Assembly (NCBI RefSeq): GCF_009914755.1
Contig: NC_060946.1
Source: the human T2T-CHM13v2.0 reference genome, Homo sapiens
Reading direction: 5' to 3' (one strand)
Length of the DNA: 64,000 nucleotides
The stretch's first letter is position 1, and every line of letters starts with the position of its first letter. Shown here one piece after another: positions 13,385 to 27,639 of this stretch. The notes below the pieces were generated by a model. That model was not told where the DNA came from. It searched no databases and worked only from the letters and a program-made list of their open reading frames with translations. A program made the translations under genes and the position numbers.

Positions 13385-13720
13385 AACACTGGGTTCCTTA
13401 TAAAAGGACAAGTTTAGCCTCTCTTGCATATCTCTCTCTCCTCTCTTTCTTTTCTCTCTGTTTGTCTCTCTTTGTTTCCCTCCCTTTCTCTTCCTCTGTC
13501 TCTCTCTTTCTCTCTTCCACTCTCTGTCTCTCCCTCTCTCTCCTTCTCTCTCTTCCTCAACTCCAATCTCTCCTCTCTTCTTTCCTCTCTCTCTCTCTCT
13601 CTCTCCCCCCCCACCACACACACCTTTTACTTTATCTCCCCACCCTCTCCCCTCTCACCTTCCACCATGGGCTGACACAGCAATAAGGCCCTGGCCAGAT
13701 GCTGGCCCCTTGGACTTCCA
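13385..13720 (+). mobile_element. MST (MaLR) LTR fragment with expanded (CT)n tract at ~13430-13650
   Basis: ttccttataaaaggacaagtttagcctctc...(CT-rich)...ccttccaccatgggctgacacagcaataaggccctggccagatgctggccccttggacttcc. Confidence 0.7.
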
Positions 13721-14122
13721 AGTCAAATGCACAGCAACAGAAACTTGTTAAATAAATTCTTTATACATCCACATGATAGAATAAGATGCAATTATTTTTA
13801 TGTATATAAGAGGAAAACATTTAATAAACATAAAATGACCACGTATATTATTAAAGGAAAAAACTGTATGAAATAGTACATTTCTCATAATTCTCATTTT
13901 GTAAAAATAAAGTACTTATCTATGGACATAATGAGAAAATGACTCAAGGTACCAAGAGTTTAGCCATTAGCTATACCAGTGGATTATAAGCAAATTCTGT
14001 TACGTGCATGCACTCACCTACGCATGTTCATGTATTCATACATACGTACATAATTTTTTAAATTTTCTTTTATAGACAAGCAATAGCTTTATAATCTCTA
14101 TAATCAGTAAAAATAAGTAAGT

Positions 14123-14444
<322 letters not shown>

Positions 14445-15238
14445 TCATTTGTGGCGTCCAGGCACTACATCAGTGAACACAGTTGGTTTTGTGTCTGCCA
14501 TGGCACTGTTAGTTCCATGGTGCGGGTTAGCAAGGTGCCTGTCCATGCCTAGTCTGAGATGAGTTCTGGCTAAGGTGCCACCAGACACTGTTTGGATGCT
14601 GCAATACTGCCTTCTGTTTGCAGGCCTTCTATGTCCCAAAATCTCAGGCCTGGGGAACTAAGCCTCCAACCTCCCGCTGCCCTTACAACTGGCTTTCGGA
14701 GAAGCCCCCCAAGAAAATAGAGACAAGGCAAGGTCTGGAGAGTTGGGTCCCATGGTGGGCAGATTCCCAGCACCCTGCTGTGTCTTGGGGAGCACGGGGA
14801 TTCCCCACTTGAAACACAGAGCCCTGCCCTCCACCCCAGCAGCCGCCAGCCAGGTTGGAAGCCCCTAAATCCTGACCCCACGTGCAGAGTCTCACTACCG
14901 GGCACCCGCATGTGTAAAGACGTGAAGGGTGGAGAATCTTTGGAGGGAACACTGCTTCTCAGGGAGACACAATCTGGAATTCAAAGTTTCTAAATTGCAT
15001 TTTCCTTTTTAAGGAAGTAGCAGATAATATTTGTAGAAAATGTACTGCACTGAGGAAAGTATACAGGAGAACGTGGAATTCATCTGTGTTCTCCAAGCCT
15101 GCTGTCACCAATGTAAATATTTTGGTGTGTTTCCTTCCAATCTCTTTTCTTTACGTGCTTTTAAGTTAAATGCGAATCATACTGTAAAAACGCCTGGCGT
15201 TCTGCTTCTTCACTGCTGGTGCGTCCTCATCTTCCACA

Positions 15239-15610
15239 CGCTACAGTCTGAATGTGTTTCTCCAAAAGCGTGTGCTGGAGACGGAATCCCCAAAGCAACA
15301 GCGTGGGGAGGTGGGGGCTCTAGGAGGTGATGAGGCCTCCGCCCTCAGGAATGGGTCAATGCCATTATGGCAGGAGTGGGTTCCTCACTAAAGGACCAGC
15401 TCAACCCTCTCTTGGGTACTCCCTTTCCTCCCCCTGCCTGCTGCCCTCCACCCTGGGCCATGGGATGACACAGCAAGAGGGTCCCACCCCATGCTTCCCC
15501 TCAGCCTTGGACTTTCCAGCCTCCAGAACTGTGGGCCCGTAAATTTCGTTCATTATCAATTACCCCGTCTGTGGTATTCTAAGATAGCAGCACAAAATAG
15601 ACTAAAATAC
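15239..15610 (+). mobile_element. MaLR solo LTR (MSTD/MSTC-like)
   Basis: Starts gctacagtctgaatgtgt and ends ...cagcctccagaactgtg...gtggtattct..atagcagcacaaaatagactaaaa. Confidence 0.85.
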
Positions 15611-18093
15611 ATCCCGTGAACATGAGAATCCCTCAGCCAGGACTCCCAAGGCCACAGAGAGCCCTGTCATGCTGGTAAGCCGCTCTCCGCAGACAGCCCT
15701 GATGTGCTGGTAAGCCGCCCTCACCCAAGTCCCACTTCTGTCGTAGACACTTGGGTGTTGCCAAATTCCCTATTAAAAATATGTTAGGGACATCCTCATC
15801 CATGGATCTTTGTGCAGCTCTCCAAGGAGGTCTTTCTGTTTGGGAGACTTGACAAGTTTCCAAGGAAGAAAGAAGTTCGGCCCGTGGTGAGGTGCACAGG
15901 CTTGGGAGCAAGCTTTCCAGAGCCTTGCTGCTTCATCCACAAACCGGGACAGGAAGCTGACGTCTCCCCCAAGGGCTGGCATGAGGACCCATTGATTGTG
16001 TTCACGCAGACTGCTTGTAACAGTGTCTGCTGTACAGGAGACATGATCGTGATTATTGTTACCATGATTAATGTCGTGCGCAGGCCTCTCCTGGGTGCCG
16101 GGGATTCAGCTGCGATGAACAGGACAAAGTCCAGATCTCATGGGACCGGCATGGGGGTGATCTCAGGGAGGACAACAGAGAAAATGGAAGCCAAGAACCG
16201 GGAACAGGGATTCCGACAGATCTGGGTTTCTGATCTTGTGGTTTGGGAGCCTTCACATGGATACTCGCAGGAGTGGGAAGGCCGGGGCTGGGACAGGTGG
16301 TGGGGATCTAGCTGCAGAGGCTCCCTCCAGGAGCACAGCTGTGCTGTGTTCATCCCAGCGGTGGGGCCACCAAGACTCACAGCTCCAGAGGGCTGAGACA
16401 TGTGGTCTGATTTGGCCCAAGCAGAGTGGACACCTGAGGCGGGGGTCGGGGGGGCTCCCTCTCAGCCCCCGCCCAGATCCATGGACACAGGAAAGATGCT
16501 CCATCCTCAGGGCCATTTGGGGCCACGGCCAGGGCAGGGACTGTGTTTGGCAAGAGGGGCAAGAGCCCCTGAAAACAGGGCTGGGTGTGCCGATGTGAGC
16601 AACCAGAGGTCAGGGAGAGGAAAGGTGACTCACGCAGCTTCCAGGTCCTGCCACTGGAATGGCTGGATCCTGGTGCAAATTTCTGGATGCCAAAGTGCAT
16701 TCCAGAAAAATCTGTCCCAGCAGTGCCCAAAAGTGCTTGTTTCACGGCCATCCACTCGTCATGAATTTTCAGGAAAAGACAAAAGCAAAGCAAGTATGGC
16801 AAGAAAGTTGTCAAGTTAAGGCAAAAATGCGTCTTTGTCTCTCTCCAAATTCCACTTGGACCTTAAGTGACCAGGCGTCCAGATGGAGCCGAGGGTGCTG
16901 GTCTGCCCGGCGCCCACACATGCTCCAGTTAGAGGACAAGGCGCAAGCTCCCCCGATGACACGGGAAGCTGGAGACATTCTCGTGTTCACGGTCACAGCT
17001 CTGCTCCTTTGAGAAATAAGCGGCACGATGTTTTTCTAGTGGGTTTGCCTTTTTCTCAGTGATGGTAAAAGTGCTGTGTATGTTAAGGTGAGTGACTCAG
17101 GACCAAGGTGAGTCTTGACTCCTCTTGGCTTTGCGCTGAGAGCACCTGGGAGAGTCAAGGGAGCACACAGGACAGTCCCTGCTTCGGCTCCCCAGGAACA
17201 CGCGGCCAAGTGCACGCAGCCGGTGTCCTCGGGAGCCGGTGGTGGGGCTCCCTGAAGGTCCTAGAAATCCGGCGGCACAGGGACGTGCAGGCGGATGAGC
17301 TGGAGGGAGATTCTGCTTTTCTCAGTTCCTAGTGAGAAGTCAGAGCCCCTCTGAAAGACAGACAGTCATCTAGGTCCCATCTCAGGAGAAAGTGGAACCG
17401 CCCGGGCCGTGCCTGCTAGAATCAAGTGCAGTTTTCACAAGACCTTGCTGGAAACTGGGAAGATGGACCCCGCGCCTTTCCTGGGAAGAGAAGAGTGTGT
17501 TTTACACACGTGCTCCCGCCAGGGGAGAGCAGAGGGGAGGCAAGCCAGGCACAAAGCTGGCACGTGGGATGAGTGAATCAGACACAGCTGCATTTGTGTT
17601 CTCGGTTCCTCCAAACACGAGACGCTTGGAACAGGGTCTCTGAGGGGTGGACACAAAACAGGGACCGCAGTCTGTGCCTCCTCAGAGTAATGGCACCTGG
17701 AGGACTTCAGCGTGACGCGTCCACGGGGCGGGAGGCCTGGAGCTGCTGGAGGCCACACTGCGTTCCTGCATCTGGAATATGGGAACTGTGAGTCCCTGCT
17801 CAAGCCCCCACCCCAGGCCAGGGAATGGCTGGTCAAGGGGCCTAAAGGCTGGAGGGCAGGAAGGTCCCACAACTGCGGTGGCAACAGCAATCAGTATCCA
17901 CGCCCATCCAAATGGACAGTTTTCCCTTCATGCTCTAAGTAAACCTGTATAATACGTAACTGTATATTTATTCCCTTTATTACATATATATATGTCTGTA
18001 TTCTCTTTATTACGTATGTGTGCATATTTGTGTCTGTTTATGTACCTATATGTATGTATCCCCTTTGTTACACACATGTTGTATGTATGTATG

Positions 18094-18443
18094 TGCTACA
18101 CACTGAATGTGTCCCCCAAAAATGTCTATGTTGAAACCCAACCCACAGCATCATGGGGTTAGGAGGTGGGGCCTTTATGAGGTGATGAGGTCACCAGGGC
18201 AGAGCCCCATAAATGAGAATAGCACCCCTACAAAGAGACCCGAGAGAAACGCCCATCCCTTCCACCACAGGAGGAGACAGCAAGAAGACAGCCGCCTGTG
18301 AACCAGGAAGAGAGCCCTCACCAGAATGGGCCATTCAGCATCCCCACCTCAGACTTCCAGCCATCAGAATGCTAGGAAATCCTTGTCTGCTGTGTATAAG
18401 CCCACAGGCGACGGTATTCTGCTGTAGCAGCCGGAGCTAAAAT
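18094..18443 (+). mobile_element. MaLR solo LTR (MLT1A-like)
   Basis: tgctacacactgaatgtgtcccccaaa..tatgttgaaacc...ggaggtggggcctt...gaaccaggaagagagccctcaccaga...gtattctgctgtagcagcc. Confidence 0.85.
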
Positions 18444-18444
18444 G

Positions 18445-19148
18445 GTATGTGTGCCCATGTGTGTATATTGTGGGTGTGTCTGTACATACATGTGTGCCTA
18501 TGTGTGTATATTGTGGGTGTGTCTGTACAGGCATATGTGTGCCCATGTGTGCATATTATGGGTGTGTCTGCACATGCATGTGTGTGCCCGTGCATGTATA
18601 TTATGGGTGTGCCTGTATATGCATGTGTGTGCCTGTGTGTGCACATTATGGGTGTGTCTGTACATGCATGTGTGTGCCCATGTGTGTATATTATGGGTGT
18701 GTCTGTACATGTGTGTCCATGTGTGTATATTATGGGTGTGTCTGTACATGTGTGTGTGCCCATGTGTGTATATTATGGGTGTGTCTGTACATGCATGTGT
18801 CTGCCCATGTGTGTATATTATGGGTGTCTGTACATGTGTGCCCGTGTATGTATATTATGGGTGTGTCTGTACATGCATGTGTGTGCCCATTTGTGTATAT
18901 TACGGGTGTGTCTCTACATGCATATGTGTCCCTGTGTGTATATTATGGGTGTGTCTGTACGTGCATATGTGTCCATGTGTGTATATTATGGGTGTGTCTG
19001 TACATGCATGTGTCCATGTGTGTATATTATGGGTGTGTCTGTACATGCATGTGTGTGCCCATGTGTGTATATTATGGGTGTGTCTATACATGCATGTGTG
19101 CCCATGTGTGTATGTGTGTGTCTATACATGCATGTGTATGCATGTCAC
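18445..19148. repeat. TG-rich minisatellite, ~45-bp unit, ~15 copies
   Basis: Unit attatgggtgtgtctgtacatgcatgtgtgtgcccatgtgtgtat, with length variants. Confidence 0.95.
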
Positions 19149-19239
19149 ATTCCTGGCAATTATGTGTATCCTAACAAATGCCATGTGCTGCGGCACCGTC
19201 AGCTCATCTAATTATTTCCAAATCATTTTAAATCCACTT

Positions 19240-21020
<1,781 letters not shown>

Positions 21021-23299
21021 TATCTTTGATGTGGCCATTGCTAGCTACATGATGACCCTGTCTGGGTCACATTTTGACACAGGGAACGGCACTGGACTTT
21101 TCCAATGACTTTCCCATGGAATGGGCAGTCGTAAGTCCTGGTGCCAGCGGGAGCACAGCTGGACATGCTTTGAATCATAATGGCCAGGTACACACCCACA
21201 TGACATGGACCTGGGTGCCTGCACTCCTCCTGACCCCTCAACACCCACTGGGTACTGCCTGCTCCCTGCTCTCCCACCCCAGCCTTTGCTCACCCCTCCT
21301 CAAGTGCAGACACACCCACCTCCACCTGCTCCACCTCTGTCCACTCGGTGACCACCGCATCAGCCATCAGGGCTCCAAGCCCATCTCCTGTGGACCACGT
21401 CCTTAGGTAACTTACAGGGGAGAATGTATGTTTGCATCAAAAATACTGTTTGCAGTGCAAATCCTCTTTCAGCTTCCCCTGAACTAACAGCAGTTATATC
21501 CCCAATTTGTCTGGACCTTATAATGCTACTAAAGAATTCTACGTATTTAATAATTCTACTATTGACTAAAACCACACCATTAGAGACCCATTTACCAAGG
21601 GTAATTGTGGCACTTAGGACAACTGGCTCAAACGAGTGCAGTTACGTTAGGATTTTCGTTACTAATTAACGCCACTACTCATTCCAGCTACTACTGCGCT
21701 ATTTGCCAACTGGCACTGGAGTTTTTCAATATCTTAACAAGAAGCATAGCCACACAGGCATGGGTCGCCTGGAAATCAGCCAGGAGCAGGCAGCAGAAGC
21801 AGCGATTCTCTGCTGGGCATGTGTTTTTTTGGATGATGGATGGGAGGTAACAAAAAAAAAAAAAAAAAGCCAAGGAGAATATGGGTTGGGGCTGCCTCTG
21901 TCAAGCCAGCTCGAGTGTCTGAGCCCCCAGCCCAGGTGGGAGCGTTCTCACCCCATACGCTGGGAAAACCTAGCTGAGTCCAGCAGCTGACCCTGAAATT
22001 AGACTCACAGCTCCTGCACGGCACACCCAGACCCGTGCTGGGATGCCCCCAAGAACATGTGGCGGGCTGGCTCCTGGTGGGTGGCCCCGAGTGAAGGAAG
22101 GACCCGGGAGGGGTCTTGGAATGACTTTAGCCAGGCCTCTCTCATTCCCAGCTGCTGCCCCTGTCACACAGCAAGCTGGGCCCTGCCTGAAATAATTCAC
22201 CCATCTTTTCCTAGAGGCTTCTCAGCCAGCACACCTGGATCCCCACGAAACTGCAGAAACTGTGACTCAGACCCGGCAGCTCCTTACCAAGCCCCTCCCT
22301 GGAGCCGCCTCACCTCCCAAAGGGCTCCTCTCTCTTGCTCTTCAAAAGTTAGCCCCAACGACCTGCGGCACACGGCACACGAGACTGGCTTCGCATTTTG
22401 CGTTAATTGGAAAGCAAAGCAAGCGTGGGAGGGAGTTGTTTGTATTCACGGCATCAATAATTTAACATGAAAAGAGAGAAAATAAGAGAATATGCAATCC
22501 ACACATGCAAATCTGGCTGAAATTTATTACTTACTATAATAAAAAAAGATTTTAATAAGGCATCAACTATGCTATTTTAAGAAAGGAAGGGGGCACGGGA
22601 TGTGATTCCTGTGTTCCCTACATGACAATCTTAAAAAGATAGAACTTTAGGAATGAAATATATCCAAAAAAATTAACAGGAGTTGCCTCTGGATAACCAA
22701 GTTATGGATTATTTATTTGAATTTTCTTTTTTATTTCATTGTATTCCAATATTTCCCTCTATGATGGGCATTTTTTAGTTCTATAATAGAGACATGTTTT
22801 AAAGTAAGAGATGACTGGAAACGGAAGACTATTCATTAAAACATCCTATGCCTAGCGAAGACTGCTAACGTCATTATGTGCAACTTCTCAACAGAACTTT
22901 CAAAGGCAGAAGGAATAGCTCCACCAGGGGCCTCGTGTGCTCATCCAAATTTGAATTCAACTTTGCTCCTAAAATGAACGCACTGCCTCTGACCCAGCAG
23001 AGACTGAGGAGCTCCGAGTCTGAGGTCTGGCTCCAGTGGGAACCGTGGGGGGACTCCATGCAGTTTCTCTGGGACGGAGACACCGCACCTGGACATGAAG
23101 GGACGGTGGGGATGCAGGCCCCCTCCGGCGCTGCGCTCCACAATTTGAACATAATCCAGGCTGATGGAGGTGGTTTAAGACAGGAAACCACACCCCAGGG
23201 CTGCGGGATGCAGGCGAGAACGGGAGCCCCTTCCCCACAGGCTGCGTCCTGCAAGGTCCACGGAGCTCTTTCCTCTCCCCCCTGCAGTGACCTATACAC

Positions 23300-24060
23300 A
23301 GAGACACCATCTTCATGGACACGGACATGACACGCGCTCTGGGCAGCCTGGCTAGAGCTCTGCCCACGGCACGTCAGCCCCTCCACTTCCGTCTGAAAGG
23401 TGCCGGCCGCGTGTGTCACGCGAGACCAGTCCTGCACGTGGATCTGGACGGGGCAACTGCGCGAAGGGTCATGAATCCCGCCGGCCAGGGAGGATCGTCT
23501 CCTGTGCAGAATGAGGTGCGGTCAGAACACGGCAGAAGCTGGGAGCTCCCACCCGGCTGCCCGAGACACCTCCCCTCAAGATTCACCAAACACCACGACG
23601 TGCAAAGAAGAAAGTCCACGCCTCCGCGGAAAACACTGCGGCTCGGCAGGTCAATCCAAACCTGGAAACACCTCGGCGCGGCCTGTCAGTCTGAACCCGG
23701 AAACACCTCGACGCGGCCGGTCAATCTGAATCCCCAGAAAACACCGCGGCGCGGCAGGTCAGTCCGAACCCGGAAACACCTCGGCGCGGCCTGTCAATCT
23801 GAACCCGGAAACACCGCAGCGTGGCCTGTCAGTCTGAACCCGGAAACACCTCGACGCGGCCGGTCAATCTGAATCCCCGGAAAACACTGCGGCGCGGCAG
23901 GTCAATCCAAACCCGGGACATCATTGCTACCAGGGCGGAGGAGAATACACGCAAAATATACCAGGGCGGAGGGGAATACACGGAAAATATACCAGGGCGG
24001 AGGGGAATACACGGAAAATATACCAGGGCGGAGGGGAATACACGCAAAATATACCAGGGC
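23300..24060. promoter_or_regulatory. CpG island overlapping two VNTRs
   Basis: Dense CpG (cgcg, cggcgcgg) by eye; not computed. Confidence 0.7.
23628..23916. repeat. CpG-rich minisatellite, 35-37-bp unit, 8 copies
   Basis: Unit ggaaacacctcggcgcggcctgtcagtctgaaccc with variants. Confidence 0.95.
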
Positions 24061-24145
24061 GGAGGGGAATACACGGAAAATATACCAGGGCAGAGGGGGA
24101 ATACAGGCAAAATATTTCAGGGCTGAAGAGAATACAGGCAAAATA
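23929..24145. repeat. Minisatellite, 31-bp unit, ~7 copies
   Basis: Unit accagggcggaggggaatacacg(g/c)aaaatat. Confidence 0.95.
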
Positions 24146-24740
24146 AAGTGCATCTCCTAGAATTCCCGCAATCCAACAGCGTAGCCCGATTCCATTTCCA
24201 AATAGACACCACTTTCTAAAAACGTCACGGAGGAAGATGCTTCCTAACGACTCAGGGGTCTGTCCATAAACTTGGCATCATGTGGTCCAAAGTCTCTGGA
24301 GCGTGGAGGGCGATCTTCTCTAATCCCGGGGTCGTGCTTTCTGGGACAGAAATGAGAGACCCCAGAAAGTCCCTGGATGCTACCCAGGGGACTGAGGGGT
24401 GGTCCACAGCACCATGTGTTCTGAGAGGGGGTCTCCCTAAAGGTGGGGAGCAGGGAGGCCGGGCACGGCCCCCACTGGCTTCAGAGCTCCTCGCAGCCTG
24501 CGCCAGCGCAGAGCAGGACGGGAAACAGCCCCGGGAGCAGAAGGTCCCAGCAGCGGAATTCCCCTCCACTTGGACCAGGCCTGCGGGAGATCCGGGCACT
24601 GACAGGCGGGGACATTTTAGAATCTTTTCAAGAAAAGATAAAGAAAGAAACAAGAGTAACAGGAGGCCAGAAGCAAGGGCATCTACTGCAGACAGCGGTG
24701 CCGCGGGGCTGGAGCTGAAGCTACCCAAGGAGCCCCAGGC

Positions 24741-24875
24741 TCGGGAGCCTCCAGGCACAGGCGCCGTCGGGAGCCTCCAGGCACAGGCAGCGTCGGGAGC
24801 CACCAGGCAGAGGCAGTGTTGGGAGCCTCCAGGCACAGGCGGCGTCGGGAGCCTCCAGGCAGAGACAGCGTCGGG
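24741..24875. repeat. Short degenerate minisatellite, ~26-bp unit, ~5 copies
   Basis: cgggagcctccaggcacaggc.gcgt repeated. Confidence 0.8.
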
Positions 24876-26852
24876 TGGCAGGGAGCCCCTCAGACTGTCC
24901 CTGTCCCAGTGGTCTCCAGCCCCCGACTGCACTCGACTCTGCGGTTCTCACCCCTCTGCCATCCCAGAGGAAGGGGCATCCCTGCGACTTTCCATCCACT
25001 ACCCTGGCCTGGACCACTCAACTCCAGGGACTTCCTCCACCACCCAGACGCCTCCCTGAGCCCAACCCGGTTGTCCCTACCCATAACTGACATCAGGGCA
25101 CCTTCCAGGCCCCGAAGTTGTCTCTGAGGCCCCAGCTTCAACACGTCGCTGGCTGGTGTGGGCTGTGGTCCCCACGGAGAAGGAGCAGACAGGGCAGGAG
25201 GCACGGCTGAGGACGCTGACCAGGCTGCCCCAGGCTGCTCCAGGTGCCAGCCAGGCCCTTGTATCTACTTCGTGTCCTCGTGTTGACAGTCTGAGAAGTC
25301 CAGCTGCCTCCCAGGGGCATGTGTGCCCCCAAGAGAATGTCACAGTGGGAAGGACTCACCCCTCGCCAGCCTCCTTCCCTCCTTCTCTACCCACCAGCCT
25401 CAGCATCCCCTTGATGAGGGGTGAGCAGATGCAGCTGGCTCTGAGCAAAGAGCTGGCACTCCCCCATCAGGAGGCTGTGCCCCGGTGGCTCTGGGTCCTC
25501 CTGGGCCTCTGGGGACAGTGCGGCCCCCTCCAGGTCCACTCCCAGTTCTTCATCCACCCCAAACTACATCCAGCGCTCTGTCCAGCATGGCTTACTGAGG
25601 CTCTGCAGTGAAACCATCCAATAAAGACACAGGAAGCACTCCTATGATGAATGACAAGAGACGTCCCCTGTTTGAATGCAGGCGTTCTCTCCCCTTACAA
25701 AAATTTTAAGGAGAAATTAAGGTTTAAATGCTAAGTTCCCTTGCAATTTAAAGTTCAGAAACATTAAAGTCCAGAGGAATTAAAATCAGGTCTGTCACCT
25801 TTGCGAGCCCTTTCCTTCCCGGTTTGTCATTCTGCTAGGCTTCCACTGTGGGACCCTTGATGCCTGGGGGGTTTCAGGGTCTTTCTTCCAGGCTCACTTG
25901 GAAGCGGGGGGCTTTACTCCAGTCCTCAAAGACTGCAACAGCCACACCAGGCCTCAGTGCACAGTCCAGGTGTCTGAGACACACAGGCCATCCCCACAGC
26001 AGCCCCCACCACTGCAGGAAGCCAAGAAGCCAGTTCCTGGAGCAGCTCCCCCGGGATGCTGCCTGCCCCCTGCCTTCCCGGACAGCAGAAGCATCACACG
26101 TACCATGTCCTCCACCACAACGGCCCAAGCCCTACCCACCAGGAGGATGCGGAGCCCCTTCTCAGCCCACACATCCCTGAACATCCCGAGAATAACGTGC
26201 GTGCCTGCAGGTCTGATGAACATGCCCTCTCGACCAGCCATGCTGGCTTGAAGGTGCAGGGGAGCCGCCTCATGCAGAGTCCTGAGAGCCTAAAATCCCC
26301 ACAGCTCTTCCTCTCCTGCCCACCTGCCACCCCCAGCGCAAGCCCCGGGCCCCCAGCCCACAGCATCCCTGTTCTCACCACTGTCTCCTTCTCAACCCAC
26401 ATCCAGGGCTGAGTGCGGCGCCTGGGGGAGCAGTCTCAGGGGTCCCAAGAGCTTTCACAAGGAGCTCGAAGCTCCACCCAAAGAATGCAGAGGCTGCAGC
26501 TTCTTGCTTCAGAGCCAGGAGGAAACTCAGGCACCAGGCGTCTGGTGCATGCGGGGCTCTGCCAGCCACGATGCAGGGAACCTGTGACATCATGAGGCTG
26601 TTCCACGGGAATTCCACAGCTCCCATCCTGGAGCACGGCTCACGGACAGGAGAAAGGGAAAGGCTGTGACAAATACAAACGACCAGTCACCTCCTGCCCC
26701 AACTCCAGGCCTGGGTGACGGATGGGCCGGATGTCATCGGGGCACAGGTGATTGTGGCCACATCCTGGTTATGCGGCACCATCAGAGCAAGGCTCGGCTC
26801 AGGCAGGTGTGGAGCACTCACTGGGGCTGTAGATGCGGGGAGGGGGAGGACA

Positions 26853-27139
26853 ACAGAGTGACCAGTGCAGGCAGCACAGAGTCACCAATACAGGAAAAAC
26901 ACAGTGACCAGTGCAGAGAGGACACAGTGACCAGCCGTCGGAGGAGGGAGGAAGACAGTGACCAGCCATCAGAGAATAGAAGGTGACGGAGTGACCAGCC
27001 GTCAGAAGAGGAAGACAGCGACCAGCCATCGGAGAATGGAAGGTGACAGAGTGACCAGCCATCAGAGGAAGGAGGAAGACAGTGACCAGCCATCGGAGAA
27101 TAGAAGGTGACGGAGTGACCAGCCGTCAGAAGAGGGAGG
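26853..27139. repeat. Purine-rich minisatellite, ~60-bp dimeric unit
   Basis: Alternating gaggaagacagtgaccagccatcggagaat and agaaggtgacggagtgaccagccgtcaga. Confidence 0.9.
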
Positions 27140-27639
27140 ACTTGACATGACCAGCCTCTCATGTCTACTCGAAGGCATCTTATGCCCCATACCCCAGGAC
27201 AGAGGGAACCTGAGGTTTTCTCAGAACCTGGGCATTGGCGTGGGCTTTCTGGGGGCTTTTGAGTTAGGCGGCCACGTGCAGTCCACATGCCGTGTGCTCG
27301 GTGGACAGAGCCACTTTGAACGCAGCTTCTCAAGCAGGATTTCCTGGGTAGTTTCTACTCCTCAGGCACTGACCCAGGCAGCTGAGACAGCACATGTGCA
27401 CATGACGGAAGGCGCCTGGCTGCAGGCAGCCTCGACTCAGCCTGGGCCCTGGACGAGGGACAAAGGCCCAGAGAACGCAGGGGTGCACGGAGCACCAGGC
27501 CCAGGGGTGGCCTCACAGGGCAATAGGAGGGCCCAGACCCAGGGCAGGTCCAGGGGCCGCCCCTGCATCTGCACCCGCTTCCCAGGAAGGATCAAGGCAG
27601 CGAGCTCCTCACGGGGCGGGGGCAGGCTCCACTCTGTCT

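Noticed and set aside
21840-21870. Processed pseudogene ending at the A-run
   Set aside because: No upstream polyA signal, no TSD and no recognisable coding homology.
23628-24145. CRISPR-like arrays (31-38-bp repeats here and at 32058, 37290)
   Set aside because: Head-to-tail units without unique spacers, no cas genes, eukaryotic context.
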